From: Candidatus Levybacteria bacterium RIFCSPHIGHO2_02_FULL_40_18
Lineage (GTDB): Bacteria; Patescibacteriota; Microgenomatia; Levybacterales; GWA1-39-11
Length of the DNA stretch: 64,000 nt
NCBI GenBank assembly: GCA_001782235.1
Contig: MFOC01000004.1
Coordinates: forward strand, 115,328-179,327
Direction: 5' to 3'
Under the pieces are notes generated by a model. That model was not told where the DNA came from and did not search any database. It saw only the letters and a list, made by a program, of their open reading frames with translations. This document shows positions 50,375 to 58,677 of this stretch, piece after piece. The translations under genes were made by a program, and so were the position numbers. Position 1 is the stretch's first letter. Each line of letters begins with the position of its first letter.

Positions 50375-51402
50375 GTGCACAAGCATTTGGGTTAGATATT
50401 GGCACTTCATCTATTAAAGCTGCTCTTGTAAAAAAGGACGGAAATGCATTCCGGCTTGAATCTATAGCCGTCACGCCGTCAACACCAAAAGGCTTACTTT
50501 CAGAATCATTGATAGATTTTCAGGCACTTGCCGATGTTATTCGTAAGATGCTTAATGAGGCAAATCTTAAAATAACGAACGTTGTATTTTGCCTTCCCGA
50601 AAGCCAAGTTTATACAAAAATTATTGAAATGCCTCAACTGTCAGATCAAGAATTGTCTGCCGCATTAAAATTCGAGATGGAACAATATATCCCGCTTCCG
50701 CTTGATCAGGTAAAAACCGATTGGGTGGTTCTTTCTCGATCTGACTCCTCGGGTAAAAAAACAATGGAAGTAATGATTATTGCAGCTCCCTTAAACATTG
50801 TTAGTAAATATGAAAAATTGTCGGAAATGCTTAATCTTGTGCCTTCGGCAATTGAAAGCGAGGTTGTCTCAGTGCATCGCGCACTCTTACCGCTTGTAAA
50901 TAACGCTTCTTCTAATATGATTCTCCATATTGGGGGAACAACTTCAAGTATCTGCATTGTAAAGCAGGGAATTATAAAAACAGTAGTATCTCTGCCTCTT
51001 GGAGGAATAGCTATTACACGCGCGGTATCTTTGGACCTTGGGATTGATCAGGCGAGCGCAGAGAACTATAAAAGAGCTTATGGTTTGAGTCGCGACGCAT
51101 TTGAAGGAAAGATTGGCAAGGCGTTAGCGCCGATACTTGAATCTATAACAGGAGACGTTAAAAAGACGATGCTCTCCTTCCGCGAGAAAAATGCTAACGA
51201 AACAATATCGCAAATTGTACTTTCAGGGGGAAGTGCGCTTCTTCCGGGAATCGATGTCTTTTTCACAAACAGCTTGAGTATTCAAGTGGTTTTGGGGAAC
51301 TGTTTTGCCGCCTACAATATGGGCAATGTGCCACAGGAGCTTTTGGCACAAGCGCCTTCTTTCAATGTTGTAGTGGGTCTTTCTTTAAGAAATCTTTTAT
51401 GA
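50371..51402 (+). CDS. pilM: type IV pilus assembly protein PilM (actin-like ATPase fold)
   Basis: FGLDIGTSSIKAALVKK phosphate-1 motif and later HIGGTTSSICIV. Its start overlaps the upstream stop. Confidence 0.8.
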   Translation: MSAQAFGLDIGTSSIKAALVKKDGNAFRLESIAVTPSTPKGLLSESLIDFQALADVIRKMLNEANLKITNVVFCLPESQVYTKIIEMPQLSDQELSAALKFEMEQYIPLPLDQVKTDWVVLSRSDSSGKKTMEVMIIAAPLNIVSKYEKLSEMLNLVPSAIESEVVSVHRALLPLVNNASSNMILHIGGTTSSICIVKQGIIKTVVSLPLGGIAITRAVSLDLGIDQASAENYKRAYGLSRDAFEGKIGKALAPILESITGDVKKTMLSFREKNANETISQIVLSGGSALLPGIDVFFTNSLSIQVVLGNCFAAYNMGNVPQELLAQAPSFNVVVGLSLRNLL

Positions 51403-51944
51403 AAAACGATATAAACTTAATAACCCAAAGAGAGAAACCGCGACGTACCTACGATAAGGTATTTTTAGCCACGTTTTTTCTGTTCGGATTAGTTTTTTTA
51501 CTTGCGCTACTACTTATCATTTATTCCCTCGCACTTAAAGCACAAGCGGGAAGTCTGTCAAGAAGCGTTGGCGAGGCAAGAAATAGGATTGCCAGTATGG
51601 CGGCAGTAAAACAAAAGGCTCTGATCGTTTCGGAAAGACTTAGTACGGCGAGAAATATAATTTCAAAAAGAAACAATCTTGAAACCAGAACATCCCAAAT
51701 ACTTGCGCTGCTCCCCGACAATTTCAACATAAGCTCAATAGTTGGCGAAAAGGATGTGGTTACTGTTACAGTTGGGTCTTCCGATCTTATAACATTTGAC
51801 AAACTGTTCGAGGTGAATCTTAACGCAATAGCCCGCGATAAAAATTTAGGTTTAAAAAAGATTGAATCGTTAGGATTTACAAGATCCGGAAGTGCTTATG
51901 AATTGGCAATAGGTTTTTATTTTAGCGAGGCTAAAAAGAATTAA
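51399..51944 (+). CDS. pilN: type IV pilus assembly protein PilN-like (bitopic)
   Basis: Short cytoplasmic N-terminus, single TM helix (FFLFGLVFLLALLLIIYSL), periplasmic coiled coil. Positioned after pilM. Confidence 0.55.
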   Translation: MKNDINLITQREKPRRTYDKVFLATFFLFGLVFLLALLLIIYSLALKAQAGSLSRSVGEARNRIASMAAVKQKALIVSERLSTARNIISKRNNLETRTSQILALLPDNFNISSIVGEKDVVTVTVGSSDLITFDKLFEVNLNAIARDKNLGLKKIESLGFTRSGSAYELAIGFYFSEAKKN

Positions 51945-51947
51945 TTC

Positions 51948-52601
51948 ATGAAGCAAAAACTGTCCCAAATTTATACAAAGTATAAAAACCAAATTTTGCA
52001 GGCGTTTTTTGTTTTCCTTTCCCTTTTTATTGTGTTTCGTGTAATTCTTCCCCAGATTTCTGTGATTTCTGAAGCCGGACATACAATTGAAGCCAAGAGA
52101 GAGGAACTTGAAACGCTCACAAACTCGATAAGAGTTATAGAAAATACCAATGATGATGCAATATCGCAGGATTTGGCTATTTCAACCGATGCCTTGCCCA
52201 CATCTAAAGATATTGTAAAAATTTTCAGTGCGTTAACCTCAGCGGCACGTGCATCAAATACAGAACTTAGGGAGTTTTCCCTTGTAGTTGGACGTGTTTT
52301 TGGAAAAACAGATCTTGATAGCCAATCGTCTGCCATTGGTGTTCCCGAGCTCTCAGTTGTTGCAAGAGTGGTATCTCCTGATGCTTCAGATCTTATTCAG
52401 TTCGCACAAAAATTAAACCAAACGCTTCCCCTGGCAGAAATTAAAAAAATAGACGCAGGTAACAACTTGGGAACCTTTAATATAAATTTCTATTACAAAC
52501 CTCTAGATCTATCTCTCATATCTAAAAATGACAAGGTTTTACCCTTAAGTCAGGCAGATCGCAACCTATTAAATCAATTAGCAGGGTGGAAAAACAATTA
52601 G
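51948..52601 (+). CDS. pilO: type IV pilus assembly protein PilO-like
   Basis: Single TM helix then a coiled-coil region. Follows pilM/pilN. Confidence 0.5.
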   Translation: MKQKLSQIYTKYKNQILQAFFVFLSLFIVFRVILPQISVISEAGHTIEAKREELETLTNSIRVIENTNDDAISQDLAISTDALPTSKDIVKIFSALTSAARASNTELREFSLVVGRVFGKTDLDSQSSAIGVPELSVVARVVSPDASDLIQFAQKLNQTLPLAEIKKIDAGNNLGTFNINFYYKPLDLSLISKNDKVLPLSQADRNLLNQLAGWKNN

Positions 52602-53275
52602 AGGTCAGGTCTCCTCTTGCGAGTTATTTTTTTTGCTTGTTTCTGCCGGTATTTTTCTATCTCGGCAAAATTGCCCGACAACAATACGGGAGGCACCTTT
52701 TTACCCCGCCAAAGCCGGGGCCTTGTGTAGTGAGGATATTCAAGCATGCGCTTCCCACCAATTTTTGCGAATGATTCAAAGACGGTCGCGTCACTTTTCT
52801 TAAGAACCCCGGGTATAAGCCTTGTGACGGAGTCAACAATTACGATAGCGGGAGCTTCTCCGCCTGAAAGCACGTAGTCTCCGATGGAAATCTCGTAATC
52901 TACAAGGTCGCGAACTCTCTCGTCAAACCCCTCATAATGGCCGCAAACTAGTATCAGATGATCAAGATGGCTGAGTTTTTTTGCTAAGACTTGATCATAT
53001 TTTTTACCTTTTGGATCTAGCAAAATTACACTTTCTCTTTTTATTTTCATTCTTGAAGCTTCAATCGCCCTTGCAACAACATCCACGCGAAGAACCATAC
53101 CTGTTCCTCCTCCATAAGGTTTATCATCAACTATTTTATGTTTGCCAATACCGAATTCTCTGAGATCAATTAGATTAATCTTTATTTTGCCCTGCTCTTG
53201 TGCTCTTTTTATAATAGAAACAGAGAAAATCTCTCTAAAAATCTGAGGAAACAAGGTGATAATTGAAACTTGCAT
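52598..53275 (-). CDS. trmD: tRNA (guanine37-N1)-methyltransferase
   Basis: MQVSIITLFPQIF..., SPOUT-fold motifs GGGTGMVL and ILVCGHYEGFDER. Confidence 0.85.
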   Translation of the reverse strand: MQVSIITLFPQIFREIFSVSIIKRAQEQGKIKINLIDLREFGIGKHKIVDDKPYGGGTGMVLRVDVVARAIEASRMKIKRESVILLDPKGKKYDQVLAKKLSHLDHLILVCGHYEGFDERVRDLVDYEISIGDYVLSGGEAPAIVIVDSVTRLIPGVLKKSDATVFESFAKIGGKRMLEYPHYTRPRLWRGKKVPPVLLSGNFAEIEKYRQKQAKKITRKRRPDL

Positions 53276-53503
53276 TTAGGCTTCTTCTACCTGTACGTCC
53301 ACGCGGACGCCATCGCGAATGGCAATTATCTTGAGGATATTTTTAATTGCATTTATGGTTTTGCCTGAGCGACCTATTATTAGTCCAACATCCTCCTGAG
53401 GTACATTAAGCTTAAACACAACAAATCCATTAGAATTTTCTTCGGAAATCTCGCATTTTTTTCCGGTTATTCCCTGAATCATGTGTGAGAGAAGTTCGCG
53501 CAT
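53276..53503 (-). CDS. KH-domain RNA-binding protein (UPF0109/YlqC-like)
   Basis: GLIIGRSGKTINAIKNIL GXXG loop. Encoded between rpsP and trmD. Confidence 0.7.
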   Translation of the reverse strand: MRELLSHMIQGITGKKCEISEENSNGFVVFKLNVPQEDVGLIIGRSGKTINAIKNILKIIAIRDGVRVDVQVEEA

Positions 53504-53524
53504 AGTTTTTTTACCCCGTTGTTT

Positions 53525-53752
53525 TTACTCAAGCATTTTTTTCACAGAATCTGAAAGTTGCGCACCTTTTGATATCCAATATTTAAGCTTCTCCTGGTCA
53601 ATTGTTTTTTCCACATTTTCAACACGACGCACTAAAGTTCCGAGCGTATCAACCGCCCGGCCGGAAAGCTTAGACCTTTTCTCCTTAACGACGACTCGAA
53701 AGCGAGCCTCGCCCTTTCTCCCAATTCTTGAAAGTCTTATAATAAGCGACAT
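53525..53752 (-). CDS. rpsP: 30S ribosomal protein S16
   Basis: MSLIIRLSRIGRKGEARFRVVV is the bS16 signature. Confidence 0.85.
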   Translation of the reverse strand: MSLIIRLSRIGRKGEARFRVVVKEKRSKLSGRAVDTLGTLVRRVENVEKTIDQEKLKYWISKGAQLSDSVKKMLE

Positions 53753-53758
53753 AAGTAG

Positions 53759-54418
53759 TTATTTTAACATTTTTTGAAGAGCATTGCGAGCCGCGGATTT
53801 TTCTGCTTCTTGCTTTGATTTTCCGACCCCTTCTGCCAAAAGCTTTTCATCTATATATACGCCTATTGTATATGATTTATCATGATCTGGTCCTTCTTCT
53901 TTGATAACTTTATAAACCGGAGACTCACGATGAGTTTCTTGAATTTTTTCCTGGAGCGAACTTTTAGGATCCTTGAGTCCCTGTGCCTCTATTATTTTCT
54001 CGGTACGCGATATTATATTTTCTTCAATAAATTTTTTTGCCGCATCAATCCCCTGGTCCAGATAAATTCCCCCGATTAAAGCCTCAAGCGTATTCGCTAA
54101 AATTGTTTTATTGCTTCTTCCGCCTCCTGCCTCTTCTCCCCGGGATAATTTCAAAAGCTCTCCTAATCCAAGCTCTTTAGATATTTCATAAAGGGTTTCA
54201 GTATTTGTCAAAACAGATCGAATACTTGTCAACTGTCCTTCTTTTGAGGTTTTGTATTTGTCGAATATATGTGCCGAAACAACAAGCGACAAAATACTAT
54301 CTCCTAAAAACTCAAGGCGCTCGTTTGATTCAAGCATATCTTTGGTTTCGTTAAGATAGGATCTGTGTATAAATACTTGATCAAATAATTTTTTGTTCTT
54401 AAACTCAGGTAGTTTCAT
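53759..54418 (-). CDS. rnc: ribonuclease III
   Basis: RNase III signature ERLEFLGDSIL. C-terminal dsRBD. Confidence 0.85.
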   Translation of the reverse strand: MKLPEFKNKKLFDQVFIHRSYLNETKDMLESNERLEFLGDSILSLVVSAHIFDKYKTSKEGQLTSIRSVLTNTETLYEISKELGLGELLKLSRGEEAGGGRSNKTILANTLEALIGGIYLDQGIDAAKKFIEENIISRTEKIIEAQGLKDPKSSLQEKIQETHRESPVYKVIKEEGPDHDKSYTIGVYIDEKLLAEGVGKSKQEAEKSAARNALQKMLK

Positions 54419-54773
54419 CGCTCAAATTTTTTACAAGTTTTCCAAGCGCTCCATTAATAAAACTGGCAGAAGTTTCTCCCCCAAATTCCTTTGCCAACTC
54501 TACGGCTTCATCTATTATAACTTTTTTCGGCTGAGTTTTGTCTATTATGAGTTCATATACTCCAAGCCGCAAGATTGCAAGATCGACGCGATTAATCTTT
54601 TCAATTGGAAATTCCGGAGCGATTATTTTGATATTTCCGTCTATTGTTGATAGTTTTCCTAAAATCTTTTTTAGGTAAGGGCTCGCGGGGGGTCGTTTTA
54701 GGAAGCTTTGCGCGAATAACGCCTTTATAATTTCCTGTCGTCTTTTGTGTCGAGGATCTTTCGGGGTCTTCAT
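54405..54773 (-). CDS. nusB: transcription antitermination factor NusB
   Basis: All-helical protein of about 120 aa with the NusB-like segment VDLAILRLGVYELI. Conserved position next to rnc. Confidence 0.7.
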   Translation of the reverse strand: MKTPKDPRHKRRQEIIKALFAQSFLKRPPASPYLKKILGKLSTIDGNIKIIAPEFPIEKINRVDLAILRLGVYELIIDKTQPKKVIIDEAVELAKEFGGETSASFINGALGKLVKNLSDETT

Positions 54774-54852
54774 AAAAATTAATGGTTAGAATAGTTGAAT
54801 AGTTAAAATAGTTCAAAGCTATTTAACTATTTATCCATTCCAGCTATTTGAT

Positions 54853-55035
54853 TTAGATTACCTTCCTTCCGTCGTAGTATCCACACGCTTTACATAGTTG
54901 ATGTGGTACTACGGGAGAACCGCAGTTTTTACAAATTGAAATTGCACCTAACTTAAGGTGAATGCTTGCTCTCCTCTTCCCCTGTCGGGCTCTTGAATGT
55001 CTCCTCTTTGGTTCGTGCGGCATAATGGTTAGCAA
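54853..55035 (-). CDS. rpmF: 50S ribosomal protein L32
   Basis: PKRRHSRARQGKRRAS N-terminus and CxxCG...CxxCG zinc ribbon. Confidence 0.7.
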   Translation of the reverse strand: MLTIMPHEPKRRHSRARQGKRRASIHLKLGAISICKNCGSPVVPHQLCKACGYYDGRKVI

Positions 55036-55157
55036 CTAGAAACTAGCTACTAGGTTTCTAATTATAATCGAAATAGGCTCAAACCGCAAGAAATTAATAG
55101 TCTTGGGGTAGATCTATCCCACCTCGGGGGGTGTACGCCTATTGACACCTGAGGGTT

Positions 55158-57233
55158 TTAGTCTTTGGAGATCTTAGGGAGACTTATTTCTTCGACTTTT
55201 TGTTTGAGGGTTGGGTATTTGGAGAGTTTGTCAAACAATTGTTCGGCCGAGGTTCGAGCTCGTTCGATTGTGGAAAGGTCGGACAAAGATGCGATTTTAA
55301 GATCCGGAATTCCGTGCTGGGCAGTGCCAAACATGTCACCCGGGCCGCGAAGTTTCAAATCAATTTCTGCAAGCTCAGGGCCATTATCAATAGTTTGCAA
55401 ATATGAAAGTCGCTTGCGAGTTTTATCGCTTGTCGCATCGGTAAACCCAGCACCATGATGGTGCTGGGTAAACAGAAAACAATACGACTCCTTCTCTCCC
55501 CTTCCTACTCTACCTCTCAATTGATGAAGCTGTGCAAGGCCGAATCTTTCTGCTGCCTCAACTATCATAATATCTGCAGTCGGAATGTCGATTCCAACCT
55601 CAATCACAGGAGTTGCAACCAAGATATTAATCGAACCATCCCTGAATTTTTTGATGACCGAACTTTTTTCGGCCGATTTTAATTTTCCGTGAAGAAGTCC
55701 AAGTCTAAAATTTGGGAAGACTTCTTTTTTCAAACGTTCAAATTCTTCTTTTGCAGCTTTTACCGTGGTTAAAGTTTCCGACGGTTCAATAAATGGACAT
55801 ACAATAAATACTTGGCTTTTTTCTTTTCTAATTTTGTCAGAAATCCACCCATAACCCTTTTCTCTTTTTTCTTCAGGGACCACCCATGTTTTAATCTTTT
55901 GTCGTCCTTTTGGCATTTCGTCCAAAACCGATAAGGAAAGATCCGAATAAATTGTTAAAAAGATTGTTCGAGGAATTGGCGTTGCGGTCATCGACAATAG
56001 ATGTGGGTTAGTTCCCTTTTCGCGCAAGATAGCTCGCTGCTCCACTCCGAATCTCTGTTGTTCGTCAATTACTACCAGTCCCAGATTGTCGAATTTTGCT
56101 CGATTATGAATTAGAGCATGAGTGCCAATTGCTATATCGAAGTTTGGCTGTTGGCTTTTGGCTTTTGGCTTTTGGCTTGAAGTGAAAAGATCCACCTTAA
56201 CTCCAAAAGGTTCGAGAATACTTTGAATAGTATCGAAGTGCTGGTTGGCAAGGATTTCTGTCGGCGCCATAAACGCAGTTTGATAGCCGTTTAAAAAAGC
56301 AACATATGCCGCAATTGCCGCAACCACAGTTTTCCCCGATCCAACGTCTCCCTCAAGAAGTCTGTTCATGGGAATACTTTTCGAAAGATCCTCGAAAATT
56401 TCGTTTGCTGCTCTTTTTTGTGAGGATGTTAATTCGAATGGAAGGCTCTTAATGAGTTCTGCAACTTTTGCGCCGTGCTTTTCAATTTCAAAAGGAATTG
56501 CCTTTCCTCTTTTCTCCCACTCTTTTTTTCTGATAAGCGCTGCCGTGTGTTTTATCAACAATTCATCAAATGAAAGCCTGGCTCTTGCATATTCCGCTTC
56601 TTCAAAGGTCTTTGGGAAGTGGATGGTTCGAATAGCGGTTGGGAGATCTATTAAATTATTTTCTGACCGAATGTTTTCTGGGAGATATTCGGATATGCGG
56701 ATATTTTCAAGCAAACTTTTAATTCGGTTCCTGATCCATTTTGAGAAAAGCCCGCGGGTTTCAGAATAAACCGGAACAAGACCGGTTGTATGAATTGCCT
56801 CCGCATCTTTATTCGAAAGAACTTCGTAAGAGCGAACACTTAATGTTTTTTTACTGCCGAATTTCTCTACCCTTCCTGCAAAAGAGACAAATTCACCTTT
56901 TCGAATATTCGATAAAATGAATTTTTGATTAAAAAAGATCGCATCTATTTTCCCGGTGTCATCTTGGACAGTGATTTTTTGAATTGTAAGGGCTCGCCCT
57001 GAGGAGCGAAGTGACGAATGGGTAAAAATATTTGTGGCTGAAACAACCTTGCCTTGAACGGTCACCTGCTCCCCGAATTGAAGGATTCCAATTTTCGAGA
57101 CATGATAATTCTCATAGCGAAAAGGAATATAGAGCAAAAAATCCTCAACCGTCTCTAGGCCGACTTTTAATAATACCGCCCTCTTCATTCTGAAAGTCGG
57201 CCCAAGTAAAGCAAGCGGAGTCTTCAAATCCAT
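55158..57233 (-). CDS. recG: ATP-dependent DNA helicase RecG (carries an in-frame palindromic insert and a 7-mer coding tandem)
   Basis: Wedge domain, Walker A GDVGSGKTVVA, DEQQRFGV motif II. Unusual segments LFTQHHHGAGFTD and SQKPKAKSQQPN. Confidence 0.85.
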   Translation of the reverse strand: MDLKTPLALLGPTFRMKRAVLLKVGLETVEDFLLYIPFRYENYHVSKIGILQFGEQVTVQGKVVSATNIFTHSSLRSSGRALTIQKITVQDDTGKIDAIFFNQKFILSNIRKGEFVSFAGRVEKFGSKKTLSVRSYEVLSNKDAEAIHTTGLVPVYSETRGLFSKWIRNRIKSLLENIRISEYLPENIRSENNLIDLPTAIRTIHFPKTFEEAEYARARLSFDELLIKHTAALIRKKEWEKRGKAIPFEIEKHGAKVAELIKSLPFELTSSQKRAANEIFEDLSKSIPMNRLLEGDVGSGKTVVAAIAAYVAFLNGYQTAFMAPTEILANQHFDTIQSILEPFGVKVDLFTSSQKPKAKSQQPNFDIAIGTHALIHNRAKFDNLGLVVIDEQQRFGVEQRAILREKGTNPHLLSMTATPIPRTIFLTIYSDLSLSVLDEMPKGRQKIKTWVVPEEKREKGYGWISDKIRKEKSQVFIVCPFIEPSETLTTVKAAKEEFERLKKEVFPNFRLGLLHGKLKSAEKSSVIKKFRDGSINILVATPVIEVGIDIPTADIMIVEAAERFGLAQLHQLRGRVGRGEKESYCFLFTQHHHGAGFTDATSDKTRKRLSYLQTIDNGPELAEIDLKLRGPGDMFGTAQHGIPDLKIASLSDLSTIERARTSAEQLFDKLSKYPTLKQKVEEISLPKISKD
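55441..55473 (-). repeat. in-frame palindromic insertion element (short form) in recG: CCAGCACCAT g ATGGTGCTGG flanked by GTAAAC (GTTTAC on the coding strand)
   Basis: 10-bp perfect arms. 27 nt including one flank, adding QHHHGAGFT to RecG. Same arms and same flanking hexamer as the pilin copies. Confidence 0.65.
56149..56176. repeat. tandem 7-bp repeat (TGGCTTT)x4 inside the recG coding sequence
   Basis: ttggcttttggcttttggcttttggctt read directly. It encodes a Lys/Ala/Gln/Pro low-complexity stretch. Confidence 0.6.
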
Positions 57234-57243
57234 GAGTAAGATT

Positions 57244-57310
57244 ATAAGACTAAAGGACTAAAGTGAAAAGTTGATCCTAATCACTTTAATCTTTTAGTCC
57301 TAATCATTGG
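57244..57310. repeat. dispersed AT-rich intergenic repeat, family B (gactaaaggactaaagtga...aatcactttaatcttttagtcc)
   Basis: Near-identical to the word string at 2080-2145. Inverted relative at 42528-42600. Confidence 0.5.
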
Positions 57311-57421
57311 AAGATTATAACGCAAAGAGAAACGGAATGAGAAGACTTACTAATATTGCAAGTGTCGCAATAATCATTATCACTTTATAAATCCACTTGT
57401 GCTTCCTCAACGTCTCCATAA

Positions 57422-58612
57422 TTATGATATTTTTATTCGGATGAAATTGCGTTTGCCGCATTTTATGAGCATATTGTCTTCAGGAATTATTTCCTCGGTT
57501 GGGGAATCGACGACATCAGAATCTACCTCAACCGCGCCTTGTTCAACTAACCTTTTTGCCTCCGATTTACTTCCCACAAGCCCAGCGCGAACAAGTAGGT
57601 CTGTAATTACCAAATGCTCATCAGCTTTCATTTCAAATGTCGGAATATCCTCCGGCAATTCCTTCTTTTGAACAGTTTTCTCGAAATACTCTTGAGCATG
57701 TTTAGCGGACTCTTCACCATTCAACTCCTTTACGATTTCAAAAGCCAGTCTTTTTTTAAGCCCTATTGGGTTTGCTCCGCTCTCAAGTTCCCTTGCAATT
57801 TCATCAATCTTACTGGTTGGAACATCAGTCAAAAGTGTAAATCCAGAGATAGTTATTTCGTCCGGCCAACTCATTATTTGCCCAAACATGTCTACGGGAT
57901 TTTCTTCAAGTGCAATAATGTTACCTTCAGTTTTCCCCATTTTCTTCCCAGTTGGATCCGTTAGTAATTTAGTCGTTAAGACAAATTTCTCTTTGTTTTT
58001 AAGTTTTCTCATTAGCGTTCTTCCCGCCAACATATTGAAAGTCTGATCATTACCGCCGATTTCCATATCTACATTCATAGTTACTGAGTCATAAGCCTGG
58101 AAAATAGGATATAAAAATTCGTGGACATAAATTTCCTTATTTTCTTTAATCCTTTGCTGAAACATATCTCTTTCAAGAAGCTGGGAAACAGTAAAATATG
58201 AGGCGAGTTCAAGCATGTCTTCAGGTTTTAACTTATTGCTCCATTCTTCATTATGCAGAAAACGAATGTTGGCTCTTTTCAAATCTAGTACTTTGCCTAT
58301 TAGTTCTTTGTAATTGGCAGCGTTTTCTTCTATCTGCATTTTTGATAATTTTTTCCGAGTAGCTAGCTTGTCTGTGGGATCCCCAATCCTAGCAGTAAAA
58401 TCACCAATTAAAATAATAATTTCGTGGCCCAAATCTTGAAACTGACGCAGTTTTCGTAAAACTGATAAGTGTCCAAGGTGCAACTTTCCCGTAGGATCGA
58501 TTCCATTATAAATTCTAAGTTTTTTATCTGAACGTAAAACTTTTTCAAGGACATCTCGGGAGGGATAAATTGTCTCGACGCCTCTAGTCAATAGTTCAGT
58601 TATCTTGTCCAT
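57422..58612 (-). CDS. tyrS: tyrosine--tRNA ligase
   Basis: GIDPTGKLHLGHL (HIGH-type), KMGKTEGN (KMSKS), C-terminal S4 domain. Confidence 0.85.
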   Translation of the reverse strand: MDKITELLTRGVETIYPSRDVLEKVLRSDKKLRIYNGIDPTGKLHLGHLSVLRKLRQFQDLGHEIIILIGDFTARIGDPTDKLATRKKLSKMQIEENAANYKELIGKVLDLKRANIRFLHNEEWSNKLKPEDMLELASYFTVSQLLERDMFQQRIKENKEIYVHEFLYPIFQAYDSVTMNVDMEIGGNDQTFNMLAGRTLMRKLKNKEKFVLTTKLLTDPTGKKMGKTEGNIIALEENPVDMFGQIMSWPDEITISGFTLLTDVPTSKIDEIARELESGANPIGLKKRLAFEIVKELNGEESAKHAQEYFEKTVQKKELPEDIPTFEMKADEHLVITDLLVRAGLVGSKSEAKRLVEQGAVEVDSDVVDSPTEEIIPEDNMLIKCGKRNFIRIKIS

Positions 58613-58677
58613 GGTTTTATTATACTTTATATGGGTGGATTCGACAATATAGCCTCATATTGTTATAATATTCGGAC

